NCBI GenBank assembly: GCA_963815195.1
Contig: CAWFGE010000013.1
Location: 800,001-864,000 of the forward strand
Reading direction: 5' to 3'
Source of the DNA: an uncultured Planctomycetaceae bacterium
Lineage (GTDB): Bacteria; Planctomycetota; Planctomycetia; Planctomycetales; Planctomycetaceae
DNA length: 64,000 bases
Under the pieces are notes generated by a model that was not told the DNA's origin, made no database searches, and was given only the letters and a program-made list of their open reading frames with translations. Below, piece after piece: positions 43,238 to 54,838 of the stretch (positions are counted from its first letter, which is position 1; each line of letters begins with the position of its first letter). A program made the position numbers and the translations under genes.

Positions 43238-45532
43238 ATGTGCATCTCGCTCGTTTCGCTGTTTTGTTCCGTCCGTCATCGCCGGCTGGTTTTGTCCTGC
43301 GCCGTTTTGGGATCCTCTCTGTGGGCCGGCTCGCCTTTCGGAGCGGGCCAGATTGCAGAGGCCCAGCCCAAGGCGGAACAGGAGCAGCCGCTGGTGGGGA
43401 TCCGCGGGATCCTCAGCGAGGAAATTCCCACGGAGTTGGACACCGAATTTCTGCCCGACAATCTCCCGGAGACGTGGAAGACATGGGCGGAGGGCCTGGA
43501 TCAGGAAATGCAGACGTTCCACTTCGATAACCTGGGCATCAAAGGCCAGCGGGAGATTATCGCCAAGCTTCGCAAGCGCGTGGCCACGATGGAGCGGGCG
43601 ATCGCCGATCCGCGTTACGCCCCCATCCGCGATACGCTGGTCTCGCTGGCCGGCCCCTTAATGCGCAGGCTGGACCTGGCGGACGCCGTGTTGGATGCGC
43701 TTGAGGGCGAAGTCAAACCCGTCTCGGCGGCGACCCGGCAAGAGACGCTTGAGCGTTTGCGCGAAGCGACCCGCGCCTTGGACGCCGCACTTTCCCAAAG
43801 GCCGGGCGGCGAAGGGTGGAGCGCGTATTTTCAAATCCCGCAGTTAATTGAGAAGCTGGCGTCGGCGGATCCCTTCACGCAGCAACTCCAAAAGCAACTG
43901 GCGACCATCACGGGGCAATACGCCGAGAACCTGACCGCCGACCAGCACCGGGCCTTAAGAAGCGACCTGTTTTGGAGCTTCCGCCGGGCCGTGGTGCAGA
44001 TGCAAACGCTTTTGGAATGGGGCCAGAAACCCGTGACGAAAGACACGCTGCGGGACGTGCTCGCCGAGTTGGTGGGGGCATTGGAAGCCTCGGAAGCGAA
44101 TAATCTGCTGGAAGATGAAATGCACATGGAATTGGCGGCGGCGAAATTGCGGCTGGTCCCGGCCGACACCGCGGCGATGTTCAAGTTTCTGAACGCCCAT
44201 TATTATGCCGACAACCTCCGCGCGCAGGCTTCCGAAGGGTTGATGCAAGAAGCTGTTTACGATCGGCGTACGGACGAGAACCAGATCAACGAAACGATCA
44301 TGGGAGCCCAGGTTTACGGAAACAGCGTGACCAATACCGAGACGATGTTGGACCTGTTGCCCAGCACCGAGGATGCCCTGATGGCGATTCGCGTGGCGGG
44401 GGACATCGATGCGAACACCGTCGGCATGAAGGCCTGCATCAAGGTTTATAACCTCGGCGACAGCCAGTTTTGGGCGGTGAAGGCGGCGCGGTTCAACGGG
44501 TTCCGCTTTCATCCCTACCCGGCCGAAATCGCCGTCCGCGCGAACAGCATGCCTTATCACGCAAAGACCACGATCAGTTGTCTGCCGCTATTGGGATCCT
44601 GCCTGGATAAGGTCATTTTGAACGCGGCGGAGGCCCAAAAACCAGACGCGGAGGCATTGGCCCGGCAACGGATCGCCGACGGCGTGATTCCGGAATTGAA
44701 TCGGGAAATCAACAACTCGCTCGCCGATGCCAATACCAAGCTGTCGGACGGTTTCTACAAACGGTTGGCGAACAACGATCTGTACCCGGCCAGCATGCAC
44801 ATCTCCTCGACCGACACCGAACTCTTCGCCCGCAGTAAGATTCGCCTGATGTCGGAGCTGGGCGGCGGCGCGGCGCCGGTGGTATTAAACGAGTCCGCGG
44901 GGGCGACGTTTCACGCCCACGAAAGCGTGCTCAACAACATGGTCCACCGCTTGAACCTCGCGGGCCGGACGATGACGGAGGACCAGGTCCGCGAGGAGAT
45001 CGGGCGGTTCTTGACGGATCTCACGGGGCAGGTTGTCGATCTGACCGCGAAGCCGGAACCCGGGAAGGAAATCGTTCCCAAGGAGACTCCCGACAAATTC
45101 GTGTTCGACAAAACGACCCCGTTCCGGTTCCAGATTCGCAACAACCAGGTGCGGATGACGGTGCGAACGGGCTTGATTCGCGGCAACGGGGACGAGATTC
45201 CGCCGCACGATGTGACGGTCCCCTTGGAATACGAAGTCACGCCCGAAGAGATCCTCATCAAAAAGGGCACGCTCACGGTCAGCCGGTCCGACGGCGAGGC
45301 GGGCAACTTCTTTGAAAACGGCGTGATGCGGAAGCAAATCGGCGATTCCATTCCCGAAGGCCACCGCAGCCGGGTTCTGACCTTCAAACTCCAAGAAGGC
45401 AAAGAGATGAACCTCCGCGTGGAGAAGATCAAAGCCTTGGACGGCTGGCTGGACGTGTGGGCGCTTTCCACGAAGATGGTTGCTCCCGAACCGGAACCGA
45501 CCGACTCGAATACTCAACCGCAATCCGAATGA
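43238..45532 (+). CDS. large exported hypothetical protein
   Basis: 764-aa ORF with native codon usage; signal-like N-terminus; helical then beta-rich regions. The start is uncertain. Confidence 0.8.
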   Translation: MCISLVSLFCSVRHRRLVLSCAVLGSSLWAGSPFGAGQIAEAQPKAEQEQPLVGIRGILSEEIPTELDTEFLPDNLPETWKTWAEGLDQEMQTFHFDNLGIKGQREIIAKLRKRVATMERAIADPRYAPIRDTLVSLAGPLMRRLDLADAVLDALEGEVKPVSAATRQETLERLREATRALDAALSQRPGGEGWSAYFQIPQLIEKLASADPFTQQLQKQLATITGQYAENLTADQHRALRSDLFWSFRRAVVQMQTLLEWGQKPVTKDTLRDVLAELVGALEASEANNLLEDEMHMELAAAKLRLVPADTAAMFKFLNAHYYADNLRAQASEGLMQEAVYDRRTDENQINETIMGAQVYGNSVTNTETMLDLLPSTEDALMAIRVAGDIDANTVGMKACIKVYNLGDSQFWAVKAARFNGFRFHPYPAEIAVRANSMPYHAKTTISCLPLLGSCLDKVILNAAEAQKPDAEALARQRIADGVIPELNREINNSLADANTKLSDGFYKRLANNDLYPASMHISSTDTELFARSKIRLMSELGGGAAPVVLNESAGATFHAHESVLNNMVHRLNLAGRTMTEDQVREEIGRFLTDLTGQVVDLTAKPEPGKEIVPKETPDKFVFDKTTPFRFQIRNNQVRMTVRTGLIRGNGDEIPPHDVTVPLEYEVTPEEILIKKGTLTVSRSDGEAGNFFENGVMRKQIGDSIPEGHRSRVLTFKLQEGKEMNLRVEKIKALDGWLDVWALSTKMVAPEPEPTDSNTQPQSE

Positions 45533-45716
45533 GGATGGAGGATGGCCTAGAACTAAGGCTATCCTCGATCTTCCATCCTCTACCCTCATGCGATAGTTCA
45601 ATCGCGTCTCCTGAAGAGTTGGGGTCGAATCCAATCCACTTGCCGAACGGGCAACCGGCCGCTAGCATCGAATGTTCGTTTTCTGTGAAGCGATGCGATG
45701 TACTGCGGAGTGGTTG

Positions 45717-46598
45717 ATGCGGAACGATCCCGAGGTCCAGGAAGCGGCGGCGGCGTTTCAGTTGGGGTTGCCCCGCCTGCCGGTGTCGGGGCGGTCGGGC
45801 GAACTGCTCGGACGCGGGTCCGGGAGTTCGCTGGAGTTTCAGGAATACCGCGAATACCTCCCCGGCGATGACATCCGCCATCTCGATTGGGCGGCCTACG
45901 CGCGGACCGATTCGCTCATGGTCCGGTTGTACCGGGAAGAGATCAGCCCGCGGGTGGAGATTTTTCTGGACGCCAGCCGCTCCATGAATACCCGCACGCC
46001 GTTGGCCCTCGATCCGCCGCCCGCGCCGAAGCCGATCGTGGCGAAACAACTGACGGCCCTGTTCGCGCAACTGGCCGCGCGGCTGGGCGGCCGGCCGGCG
46101 ATTTTTCCGGTGGATGACGACCGCCCGATCAAAACCTGGGGGCTTCGCGAATTGGACGCTCTCGGGGAATTCCCCTTGGGTGCGACCCGCACGCTCGCCG
46201 ACTTCGCCGCGGACCATCAAATCCCGCGTGGCAAGCGGGCCGTCCGGGTCGTGATCAGCGATTTCCTGTTTCCGCACGATCCCGAGCCGCTCATCAGGCA
46301 ACTCGGCACCGATGTGAGCGCGCTGTGGGTGTTTCAGATCTTAAACCGTTGGGAAGCCGACCCCACGCCGTTGGGAGGCCGGCGGTTGATCGACCTGGAG
46401 ACCGAATTGGAATCCGACCTCGTGCTGGAGCAAAAAGTGATCGCGGAGTATAAAACCCGCTTGACCCGATTGCAGGAAGCCTTGGGCCGCAGTTGCCGCC
46501 GGCAGCATGCCGTGTTTGCGACGTTGGTCGCCGACCCCGGTCTGATGGCGATTTGCGCGGAATCCCTGTGCCGAACCGGGGTCCTCCGTCCCGCGTGA
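45717..46598 (+). CDS. DUF58 family protein
   Basis: GSGSSLEFQEYREYLPGDDIRHLDWAAYART; FLDASRSM; VVISDF. Confidence 0.92.
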   Translation: MRNDPEVQEAAAAFQLGLPRLPVSGRSGELLGRGSGSSLEFQEYREYLPGDDIRHLDWAAYARTDSLMVRLYREEISPRVEIFLDASRSMNTRTPLALDPPPAPKPIVAKQLTALFAQLAARLGGRPAIFPVDDDRPIKTWGLRELDALGEFPLGATRTLADFAADHQIPRGKRAVRVVISDFLFPHDPEPLIRQLGTDVSALWVFQILNRWEADPTPLGGRRLIDLETELESDLVLEQKVIAEYKTRLTRLQEALGRSCRRQHAVFATLVADPGLMAICAESLCRTGVLRPA

Positions 46599-46813
46599 CA
46601 TCGTAACGTCAACCGTGCGGATTCACGACGCAAAGGCCGGGAAGGCACTTCACACCTTGGGGGCGCGTTCGCGAGTAATGTCATCTTCGCAGGTGTAACG
46701 GGATGCCGACATTTTTGCCGCGTTATGTTGTTTTAAAGCGATCAGTCCATCACCTGGAGGCTGCGAAGTTGCAGCCTTAATCGCCAGGGGGGCAAGACGT
46801 TCTTTTCCGCTGG

Positions 46814-47893
46814 CTACAGTTTCACGCTGCCGATGGCGGGCGGGGTTTGGCATTCGAGGCCGAGCATCAGGGAATTGAGGCCGCTGCCGATGCCCAACAG
46901 GGCGATGTTTTCGCCGGGAAGAACGTGGTCCCCTTCGATGCCCAGGGCCATGGCCATCGGGAGGGCGGCGGCTCCGGTATTTCCCAGAAACTCCACCGTG
47001 GGGAAGTCGGCTTCCATGGGCAGGCCGAGGCGATCCAAGAGCAGCTTGCGATGGGCCCGGCCGACCTGGTGGGTGAAGATTTTCCGCGCGTCCGCGTTCG
47101 TCCAGCCCAACGTCCGGCACGTTTCCCGCCAGGTGACTTCGGCGAGATCGACGCCCGCGTGCAGCAGGGCCTCCGAATCGGTTTGCATGCGGGGCCGGCC
47201 GTCGCCGTGGCGTTCCGATTCCACGCCGCCCGCGCAGAGCGTGTGGCTTTGGGTGTCGGTGCGGTAACAGCCGCCCAAGAGGCGGTTTCCGGTGCGGCTG
47301 ATTTCCGCATGACAGAGCACGACCGCCGCGGACCCGGAACCGATGGTGAGCGAAGCAAATTCCAGCTTGACGTCTTTCCGCGTGAGGTCCGGCGAGCGCA
47401 ACAGCGTGTCGATCGTGCCTTCGACCAGCCCGCGTCCGATTTCCGTGCCGACGACGACGCCCGCGCGAATCTGGCCGAGGTCGATCATGTTCGCGACGAG
47501 CAGCATCCCATTGAGCAAACCCAGGCAGGCGTTGCTGACATCGAGCACGAGGCAATCGCCGGGCAATCCCGCGGTGAGATGGACGGCGTTGGCGGTGGCG
47601 GGTTCCATTTGATCCCGGCAGACCGAACCGTGGACGAGGGCCCCGAAATGTTTGGGGTCGATCTTGGAGGCGTTGATGGCCGCCCGGGCCGCGTGCCCGC
47701 TGACGAAGCCGGGTTTCGTGCCCGGATCAAAAAACCGGCGTTCGCGGATGCCGGTCATCAGTTCCAGGCGGCCCGCCGGCAAATGCAGGCGGTCGTAAAC
47801 GGGGGCCAGCCGGGTTTCGATCTCGTCCGACGTGACGATGTGGGGCGGCAGAACGTAGCTCAGGGCCTCCACACAGACCGACCGATACCGCAT
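46814..47893 (-). CDS. oleA: OleA-type acyl-CoA condensing enzyme (FabH/thiolase fold)
   Basis: GRLELMTGIRERRF; SVCRDQMEPATA; DVSNACLG; FASLTIGSG; THQVG; GNTG; LLGIGSGLN. Confidence 0.82.
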   Translation of the reverse strand: MRYRSVCVEALSYVLPPHIVTSDEIETRLAPVYDRLHLPAGRLELMTGIRERRFFDPGTKPGFVSGHAARAAINASKIDPKHFGALVHGSVCRDQMEPATANAVHLTAGLPGDCLVLDVSNACLGLLNGMLLVANMIDLGQIRAGVVVGTEIGRGLVEGTIDTLLRSPDLTRKDVKLEFASLTIGSGSAAVVLCHAEISRTGNRLLGGCYRTDTQSHTLCAGGVESERHGDGRPRMQTDSEALLHAGVDLAEVTWRETCRTLGWTNADARKIFTHQVGRAHRKLLLDRLGLPMEADFPTVEFLGNTGAAALPMAMALGIEGDHVLPGENIALLGIGSGLNSLMLGLECQTPPAIGSVKL

Positions 47894-47948
47894 GGCTTCG
47901 GATTCCTACGTTAGATCAACGGTCGCGCGCGATGCTGCCCTCGTGAAA

Positions 47949-48158
47949 TTACACCGACGCGGCGGCTTTGGCGGGACGGTTGCCGCCGAGCTGCTCGGCC
48001 AGCTCTTCGATCACGCGGACCTGCTGTTCGCGGTCTTTGGCGTTTTCCTCACACGGAAAGCGGCATTCGAGAAGAGTGGAATTGCGGAGATACGAAAGTC
48101 CATCGAGCAGAATCGTGCGTTGCTCGGGGGTCAGGTCGATGTGAATCGTGTTGCTCAT
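47949..48158 (-). CDS. small hypothetical protein
   Basis: MSNTIHIDLTPEQRTILLDGLSYLR; amphipathic helical pattern; co-oriented with its neighbours. Confidence 0.6.
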   Translation of the reverse strand: MSNTIHIDLTPEQRTILLDGLSYLRNSTLLECRFPCEENAKDREQQVRVIEELAEQLGGNRPAKAAASV

Positions 48159-48403
48159 GGGGATCAACTGCCTTATGGGGAGGGACATCTTAGCTTAGGC
48201 TTCTGATTTTTCTCGGAAAAACCGTATATGAGAGACTTTTCGGCCGTTTTGTCAATGGTGAATCCTAAATTACGCCGGTCCACTCGACAACCAGGATGGG
48301 CGGAGAGCCGGGAATTTCGCCGGTTTTTGGGGGAGAGGCGCCCGGTTGGCGAAAATATGACGGCTGCCCGCGGGTTTCTTCCCCGGCCGACATTTGAGGA
48401 GTT

Positions 48404-49417
48404 TCAGGAATCACCCGCGGATCCGTTGGAATCCGGCGAACCGTTGCCCGCGGCTGCGTTGTGAAACTCGTCTTCGTCGGGGGCCCGGAGAGAGCCGGAG
48501 CGAAAGGCATCGGCCATCGCTTGCGGAATCGCGGCCTCGGCCAGGACCACCTTGGCCCGGTTTTCCTGGGTCAATGCCTGCATTTCCTGCTCGCGGGCCA
48601 CGGCGGCGGCGCGGCGTTCCTCGGCCTTGGCCCGCGCGATCCGCACGTCGGCTTCCGCCTGGTCGGCCTGCAATCGTGCCCCCACGTTGTCGCCCACGTC
48701 GATGTCGGCGATGTCGATCGAGACGATCTCGTATGCCGTTTGCGAATCGAGTCCCTTTTCCAGCACCCGGCGGGCGATCATCATCGGATTGGCGAGCACC
48801 TCCTTATGAGTTTCGCAGGAACCGATCGCCGAGACAATCCCCTCGCCGACGCGGGCGATCACGGTCTCTTCCGTCGCCCCGCCCACGAGTTGGGCCAGGT
48901 TCGTGCGGACGGTCACGCGGGCCTTGGCCTTGAGCTGGATCCCGTCTTTGGCCACGCCGTCCAATGTGCTGCGGCCGTAGCGGCGGGGGTCGGGGCAATC
49001 GATGACTTTGGGATCGACGCTCGTTTGCACGGCTTCAAACACGTTCCGCCCCGCGAGATCGATCGCCGCCCCGGTTTCCCAGTCCAAGGCGATGTCCGCC
49101 CGGTGCGCGGCGATCAGGGCCCGCACCAGCCGCTGCACGTTGCCCCCCGCGAGGTAATGGGCTTCCATTTCGCGGGTGGTGATGACATCCAAGCCCGCCT
49201 GGACCGCCATGATCTTGGCGTCCACGATGACCTGCGGATTGACCTTCCGCAGGGACATCACCACCAGATTCAAGGGGCCAATGCTCGCACGGGAGGTGAA
49301 GGCCCGGATATAAAGGCCGATGTACTTGCTGAAGATCACCAGAAAAACCAGGAACAACAGCCCGGCGATCACCAAACCGAAAAGGCCGACTGTTGCCCAG
49401 AAGTTGCCGCCTGGCAT
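48404..49417 (-). CDS. floA: flotillin-like protein FloA (YqfA/UPF0365)
   Basis: [76 protein letters not shown]. Confidence 0.93.
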   Translation of the reverse strand: MPGGNFWATVGLFGLVIAGLLFLVFLVIFSKYIGLYIRAFTSRASIGPLNLVVMSLRKVNPQVIVDAKIMAVQAGLDVITTREMEAHYLAGGNVQRLVRALIAAHRADIALDWETGAAIDLAGRNVFEAVQTSVDPKVIDCPDPRRYGRSTLDGVAKDGIQLKAKARVTVRTNLAQLVGGATEETVIARVGEGIVSAIGSCETHKEVLANPMMIARRVLEKGLDSQTAYEIVSIDIADIDVGDNVGARLQADQAEADVRIARAKAEERRAAAVAREQEMQALTQENRAKVVLAEAAIPQAMADAFRSGSLRAPDEDEFHNAAAGNGSPDSNGSAGDS

Positions 49418-49672
49418 GGCTGTGCTTGCTCCCATAAGGCGATATGAAGATCCCAACCGGAGACCGGCGTATGGGAATTTCTCCGTATTGTAATGGGGAA
49501 ATCTCAGCGTGTCCAACTGCCGGAATCGCGAAAACGGAAACCAGCGCGAGTCCTCTTTCAATCTGCGGGGAAATTATGGCAGAATGATGCTTGATGATGC
49601 GGCCCGGTCTATTCAGGTTCGCCGCACGCAATCCGCCCAAATCTTCCCCACGCCAATCGAGGAACTCGGTCG

Positions 49673-50848
49673 ATGAATGCTTCAACGTCCCCAGCCTCCC
49701 GCGCGGTGATCGTCGGCGGCGGGATTGCCGGGCTGTCCATCGCCGCGCGTTTGGGACAGGCGGGATGGGCCGTCACCTTGTTGGAGGCCTCTCAACTGGG
49801 GTTCGGCGCGTCCACGCGGAACCAAGGTTGGCTCTACAGCGGAGCCTGGTTTGCCTTGGCGAATCCTTCCCTGGCCCGGCAGTGTTATCGATCGCTCAAA
49901 CAAACGCTGTTTTTCTGCCCCGAATGCAGGGAGCCCGATCAGAGCGGAATGCTGTATCTCCTGGCGGAAGACGCCGGCCCATCGGAACGCTGGATGAACG
50001 CCTGGACCGAAGCCGGCATCCCGTTCGAACCGCTGGAAGCCCGGGATGTTCTCAAGGCCCTGCCCCATTGGATCCCGCAAAAAATCCAAGCGGCCTGGCG
50101 GCTTCCCGACCGCGCGATTCGCACCGACCAATTGCTCCGCCGGTTGGCGAACACCGCCGCGGAACGGGGCGTGGAAATCCGCACGGGATCCCCCGTGGCC
50201 GGCCTTCTGAACACAAATGGCCGCGTCCAAGGCGTCATCACCGCGGCCGGCGAAGAGGTCACCGGCCGCCTCGTGATTTTGGCGACCGGCGGAGAAGCGG
50301 CTTTGCAATCCGAAGCCGCGAGCGGCGAAACCAGCGAAGATTCCGAATACAAACTGGCGTACCTGAAGACCCATTTGATGGCGGTCGAGCCGGGACTTTG
50401 TCCGCAACCGTTTTGCGTGCTGGATCATCAGGGGTTCAACCACGTGCCGCATGCATCCGCTTCGATCTTCGGATCGAACCATTGGACCATCACGAACCGC
50501 TCGCAGGATGTTTCCGTCGAACCGAAAGAAATCGAGCGGATCACCGGCCAACTCCGGCGACTGCTGCCCACGTGGGACTTTTCCAAAGCGGAAACGGTGG
50601 AATGGGCGGGGACGACCGTGCAAGCGATGCACCGGGACCAAATCGAACCCGGCCGCGCCACGCTGCCCACGGTGATCGACCACGAAACGGAACCGGGCGG
50701 CTTCAAGAACGTGCTCAGTGTGTTTCCCGGCCGGGCGAGTTTATGGCCGCAACTGGCGGAGATGGCCATGCAGGTGATTGAAACCAAACGAGCCGCCGCC
50801 GTCCCGGACATCGCCCGTCCGCCTTGGCTGGGGGGAGAGACCGCATGA
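49673..50848 (+). CDS. FAD-dependent oxidoreductase (DAO family)
   Basis: VIVGGGIAG; GASTRNQGWLYSGA; VILATG. Confidence 0.85.
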   Translation: MNASTSPASRAVIVGGGIAGLSIAARLGQAGWAVTLLEASQLGFGASTRNQGWLYSGAWFALANPSLARQCYRSLKQTLFFCPECREPDQSGMLYLLAEDAGPSERWMNAWTEAGIPFEPLEARDVLKALPHWIPQKIQAAWRLPDRAIRTDQLLRRLANTAAERGVEIRTGSPVAGLLNTNGRVQGVITAAGEEVTGRLVILATGGEAALQSEAASGETSEDSEYKLAYLKTHLMAVEPGLCPQPFCVLDHQGFNHVPHASASIFGSNHWTITNRSQDVSVEPKEIERITGQLRRLLPTWDFSKAETVEWAGTTVQAMHRDQIEPGRATLPTVIDHETEPGGFKNVLSVFPGRASLWPQLAEMAMQVIETKRAAAVPDIARPPWLGGETA

Positions 50849-51785
50849 ATTCAGAGGAGATCGCGCGGCTCCGCGAAGAGCAATATAACGCGAAGGTGCT
50901 CTCGGTCCGGCCGATTCACGACGACCTGATGATCGTCCGCGTCGTTCCCGACCAGGGGCCGCTGAGTTTTCAGGCGGGGCAATACACGCTGCTTGGGCTG
51001 GGCGCGTGGGAGCCGCGCGTGGATGGGGTCACAAACGACGATGTCTCTCCCGAGGCCCGGGCGAAACTCGTTCGGCGGGCGTACTCGATCTCTTGCCCGA
51101 TGCTCGACGACCGGCACAAGCTCGTCACCGTCGGCGAGTTGCCTTATCTCGAATTTTACATCGCGCTCGTCCTCCGGCCTTCGGATGATCCGCCGATGCT
51201 CACGCCGCGGCTGTTCGGATTGAAAGACGGGGACCGGCTGTTTCTGGGGCCGCGCCGCACGGCCGGTATGTGCTGGATGCGGTCCGCCCGGAGGAGACGG
51301 TGCTCTACTTCGGCACAGGCACCGGCGAAGCCCCGCACAACGCGCACATCGCGGAACTCCTCCGCCACGGCCATCGCGGCTTGATCGTCTGCGCCACGAG
51401 CGTGCGGTATCGGCGGGATCTCGCCTACTTGCAAACCCACCGCCGATTGGAAGAACGATTTCCGAACTACCGCTACTTCGCCCTGACGACGCGCGAACCC
51501 GAAAACCTGGACAAATCGCGGCCGGACTTCGTGGGCAAGATGCACCTTCAAGACATTGTGTTCCGGGATGACTATCGCCAACTGATCGCGGACCGCTTCG
51601 ACCCGCACGCGGCCCATGCGTTTGTGTGCGGAAATCCCGCCATGCTCGGCTTGCCCGAGCGCACCGCCGATGGTGGCTTGAGCTTCCCCAAACCGCCGGG
51701 CATGGTGGAAACGCTCCAGGATCTCGGCCTGCGACTCGACGAACCCCACCGCCCCGGCACGATCCACTTCGAGAAGTATTGGTAA
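50845..51785 (+). CDS. fpr: ferredoxin/flavodoxin-NADP+ reductase (frameshift near 51255)
   Basis: FQAGQY; VRRAYSI; LEFYI; LTPRLF; GTGTGEAP; FVCGNPAM; C-terminal FEKYW. ATGA coupling to the upstream gene. Confidence 0.88.
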
Positions 51786-51901
51786 GCCGGGCATCGGCCG
51801 AAGGATGACGGGACGCATCAAAATCGATTATAATGAACTTGGCAAAGGGGGCTTTATATCCCACCGCTTGTTCCGATCCGTTCATTCTCCCGCGATTGCT
51901 T

Positions 51902-54766
51902 ATGACTTTCCGTCGCCTGGTTCGATCGTTGATGGTTTGCCGTTGGTTGGGGACTTGCATCGCCAGGCTTCGCCGAAGACAAGCCGCTCGTTTTCGAAAC
52001 AGACATTCAGCCGCTGCTCTCAACCAAATGCGGCCAATGCCACGCGGCCAAGGTGCGGAAGGGCGGGTTGGATTTGTCGTCGATCACGGGGCTGCGGCGG
52101 GGCGGGGAGTCGGGAGAATCCGCGCTCGCGGACACCGTCGATGACAGCATGCTGTGGATCATGGTCAACGGCGGCGGGATGCCTCCCAAAGAGCAGCCGC
52201 AACTCACCGAAAAAGAACTCGCCCGCATCCGGCAATGGATCGCAGGCGGCGCGAAATCGAAACAACCCGCGGAAGTCGCAGACGAGCCAATCACGCAGCA
52301 CGATGTCTTGCCAATCGTGCTGCTCCGGTGCACGACCTGCCATGGCCCGCGGCGAAAAGACGGCGGCCTCGATCTTCGCACGCCGGCCCTAATGCGGAAG
52401 GGCGGAAAACACGGCCCTGCGATTGTGCCGGGCGATCCCGACGCGAGCCCGATGATCCAGCGGATCGAAAGCGAAGCCTGCCCGCCGCGGAGATTTATTG
52501 CTCAAGTTTTTCGTGAAGCGGCCGGCGGTTGCGGAAGTCAAAACGCTTCGCAAATGGATCGCCGCGGGCGCGCCGGTGATAGAAGTTGTTCCCGATGTCG
52601 CCACCACCGAACCCGATCCGCTCGTCACCGACGAAGACCGAAAGCACTGGGCCTTCCAACCACCTCAGGCAAATGCTGACGCCGATACCATCGATGAGTT
52701 CGTCCTGAAAAAACTGAAAGCGAAGGGGCTGACGTTCTCGCCCGAAGCAGATCGCGACACGCTCATCCGCCGAGCTTATCTGGATCTCGTCGGCATGCCT
52801 CCCACGCTCGAAGAGTGGCAAAAATGGCATGAAAGCCAGGATCCCGATTGGTATGCCGAGATGGTCGATGAGCTTCTCGCCTCGCCGCATTATGGGGAAC
52901 GCTGGGGCCGATATTGGCTCGATGTGGCGGGTTATGCGGACTCCGAAGGCGGCGTGTCGGCCGACCCGGTGCGCGAAGTCGCCTGGAAGTACCGCGACTA
53001 TGTAATCCGGGCCTTCAACAGCGACAAGCCTTACGACCGGTTTCTGCTGGAGCAACTCGCGGGCGATGAGCTCGCCGATTACGAACACGCCCCGGTCGTC
53101 ACGGAGCAGATGGTGGACAACCTGATCGCCACCGGGTTTCTGCGGATGGGGATTGATGAGACGGGTTCGCGGACGATGAACTTTGTCCCGGAACGGCTCG
53201 GCGTGATTGGCGATGCGATCAAGGTCGTGGGTTCCGGCGTGATGGGGCTGACGATGGAATGCTGCCGCTGCCATTCGCACAAATACGATCCCATCCCGCA
53301 CCGCGACTACTACCGCTTCAAAGCGATCTTTCAAGGGGCCTTTGACGAGCACGATTGGCTGACCTTTAAGAACCGTTCGCTGGACATCGCCACGCTGGAG
53401 CAGCGGGAACGCGTCGCCGAGAAAAATCCCCCGCTCAAAGCCAAGCTCAAGAAATTGGAATCCCAGCGGAAGAACGCGGTCACCGAGTGGCAGTTGGAAC
53501 TGCTCAGGCAGCATTACCCTGATCAAAGTGAAGAGGACCGCCAGGAAACGCTGCGGGCGCTCAAAATCGCGGACAACAACCGCACGCTGCCGCAGCGGAT
53601 TCTCGTAGAAAAACTGCAGAAAGCGGAACTCGTCCCAGACAATCAGCAGCCGCCTTCGGTGCGCGAGGCTTGGCAGAACCTTGAAGAGATCGAACAGAAC
53701 ATTCTCAAAGTCCGCCGGGAGATGGAGCCGCCGTTGGAAATTCGCGCGCCTCTGGGACCGGGGCGAACCGTCGCCGACGTATATTCTCAGGCGAGGCGAG
53801 CACGATCAACCCGGCCACTTGGTGGGCCCCGGCGTGCCTTCGATGCTCACCGACGGGCGGACGCCGTTCGCGGCCGAACCCCCGTTCCCCGGAAAGACGG
53901 GCCGGCGGTTGGCGTTTGCCCGCTGGCTCACGCGGCCCGAGCATCCGCTCACGGCCCGCGTGATGGTCAACCGCATCTGGTATCACCACTTCGGCGCGGG
54001 CTTGGTCCTGTCGCTCGAAAACTTTGGCGTCAAAGGCGATCGGCCGTCGCATCCCGAACTCCTCGATTGGTTGGCGGCCCAATTCGTCAAGCGGGGTTGG
54101 AGCATCAAGGAGATGCACCGGTTGATGATGAATTCCCGCACCTATCGGCAGTCCAGCCGGATCACCGAAGACCGCTGGAAGCGCGATCCGCAAAATCGGC
54201 TCCTCTCGCGGATGCCGCTTTTGCGAATGAATGCCGAGGCTTTGCGGGATTCGTTGTTGTTCGTGTCGGGCAAGCTTGACGAAACGCCCGGCGGCCCTCC
54301 GGACTTTGTGACCGTGGACCGCAATGGACTCGTCAGCGCCAATCCCACGGAGACGGGCGGCTGGCGGCGGAGCATTTATATCCAATACCGCCGGACCGAA
54401 ATCCCCACGATGATGGAGACTTTCGATTATCCCGAGATGTCCCCCAACTGCGTGGCCCGCAGCATTTCGACCGTCTCGCCGCAATCGCTGATGCTGATGA
54501 ACAACGACCGCATCCGCGAACTCGCTTCCGCGTTTGCCCGGCGGGTGGAAGGATTGCTCCCCGATGAAAACAAACACGACCCGGCGGCCAAGGTCGATCT
54601 GATTTACCGTGTCGCGCTCAGCCGATCTCCCGGCGAGAAGGAACGAAAGCTGGGCACCCTAACCTTGAAGGAATTGGAATCCGCCTGGAACGGCCAAAAG
54701 GCAACCGCTCTCGAAACCTATTGCCATACCCTCCTGAACTCGGCCGCCTTCTTGTATGTCGATTGA
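51902..54766 (+). CDS. planctomycete cytochrome c (two domains) + DUF1549/DUF1553 protein (frameshifts near 51945, 52490 and 53745)
   Basis: KCGQCH, RCTTCH and ECCRCHSHKYDPI; HWAFQPP; LLASPHYGERWGRYWLD; HPLTARVMVNRIW; PSHPELLDWLA. Confidence 0.9.
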
Positions 54767-54838
54767 TGAAACCCATTCGCGGGAACGCACTTAATAGACG
54801 CGTCAATTATTTATCGAGCGAGTCCAAAGCGACAGACC

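Noticed and set aside
46600..46810. Riboswitch or sRNA between DUF58 and oleA
   Set aside because: Only a short AGGCTGC/GCAGCCT hairpin between convergent genes, with no recognisable aptamer.
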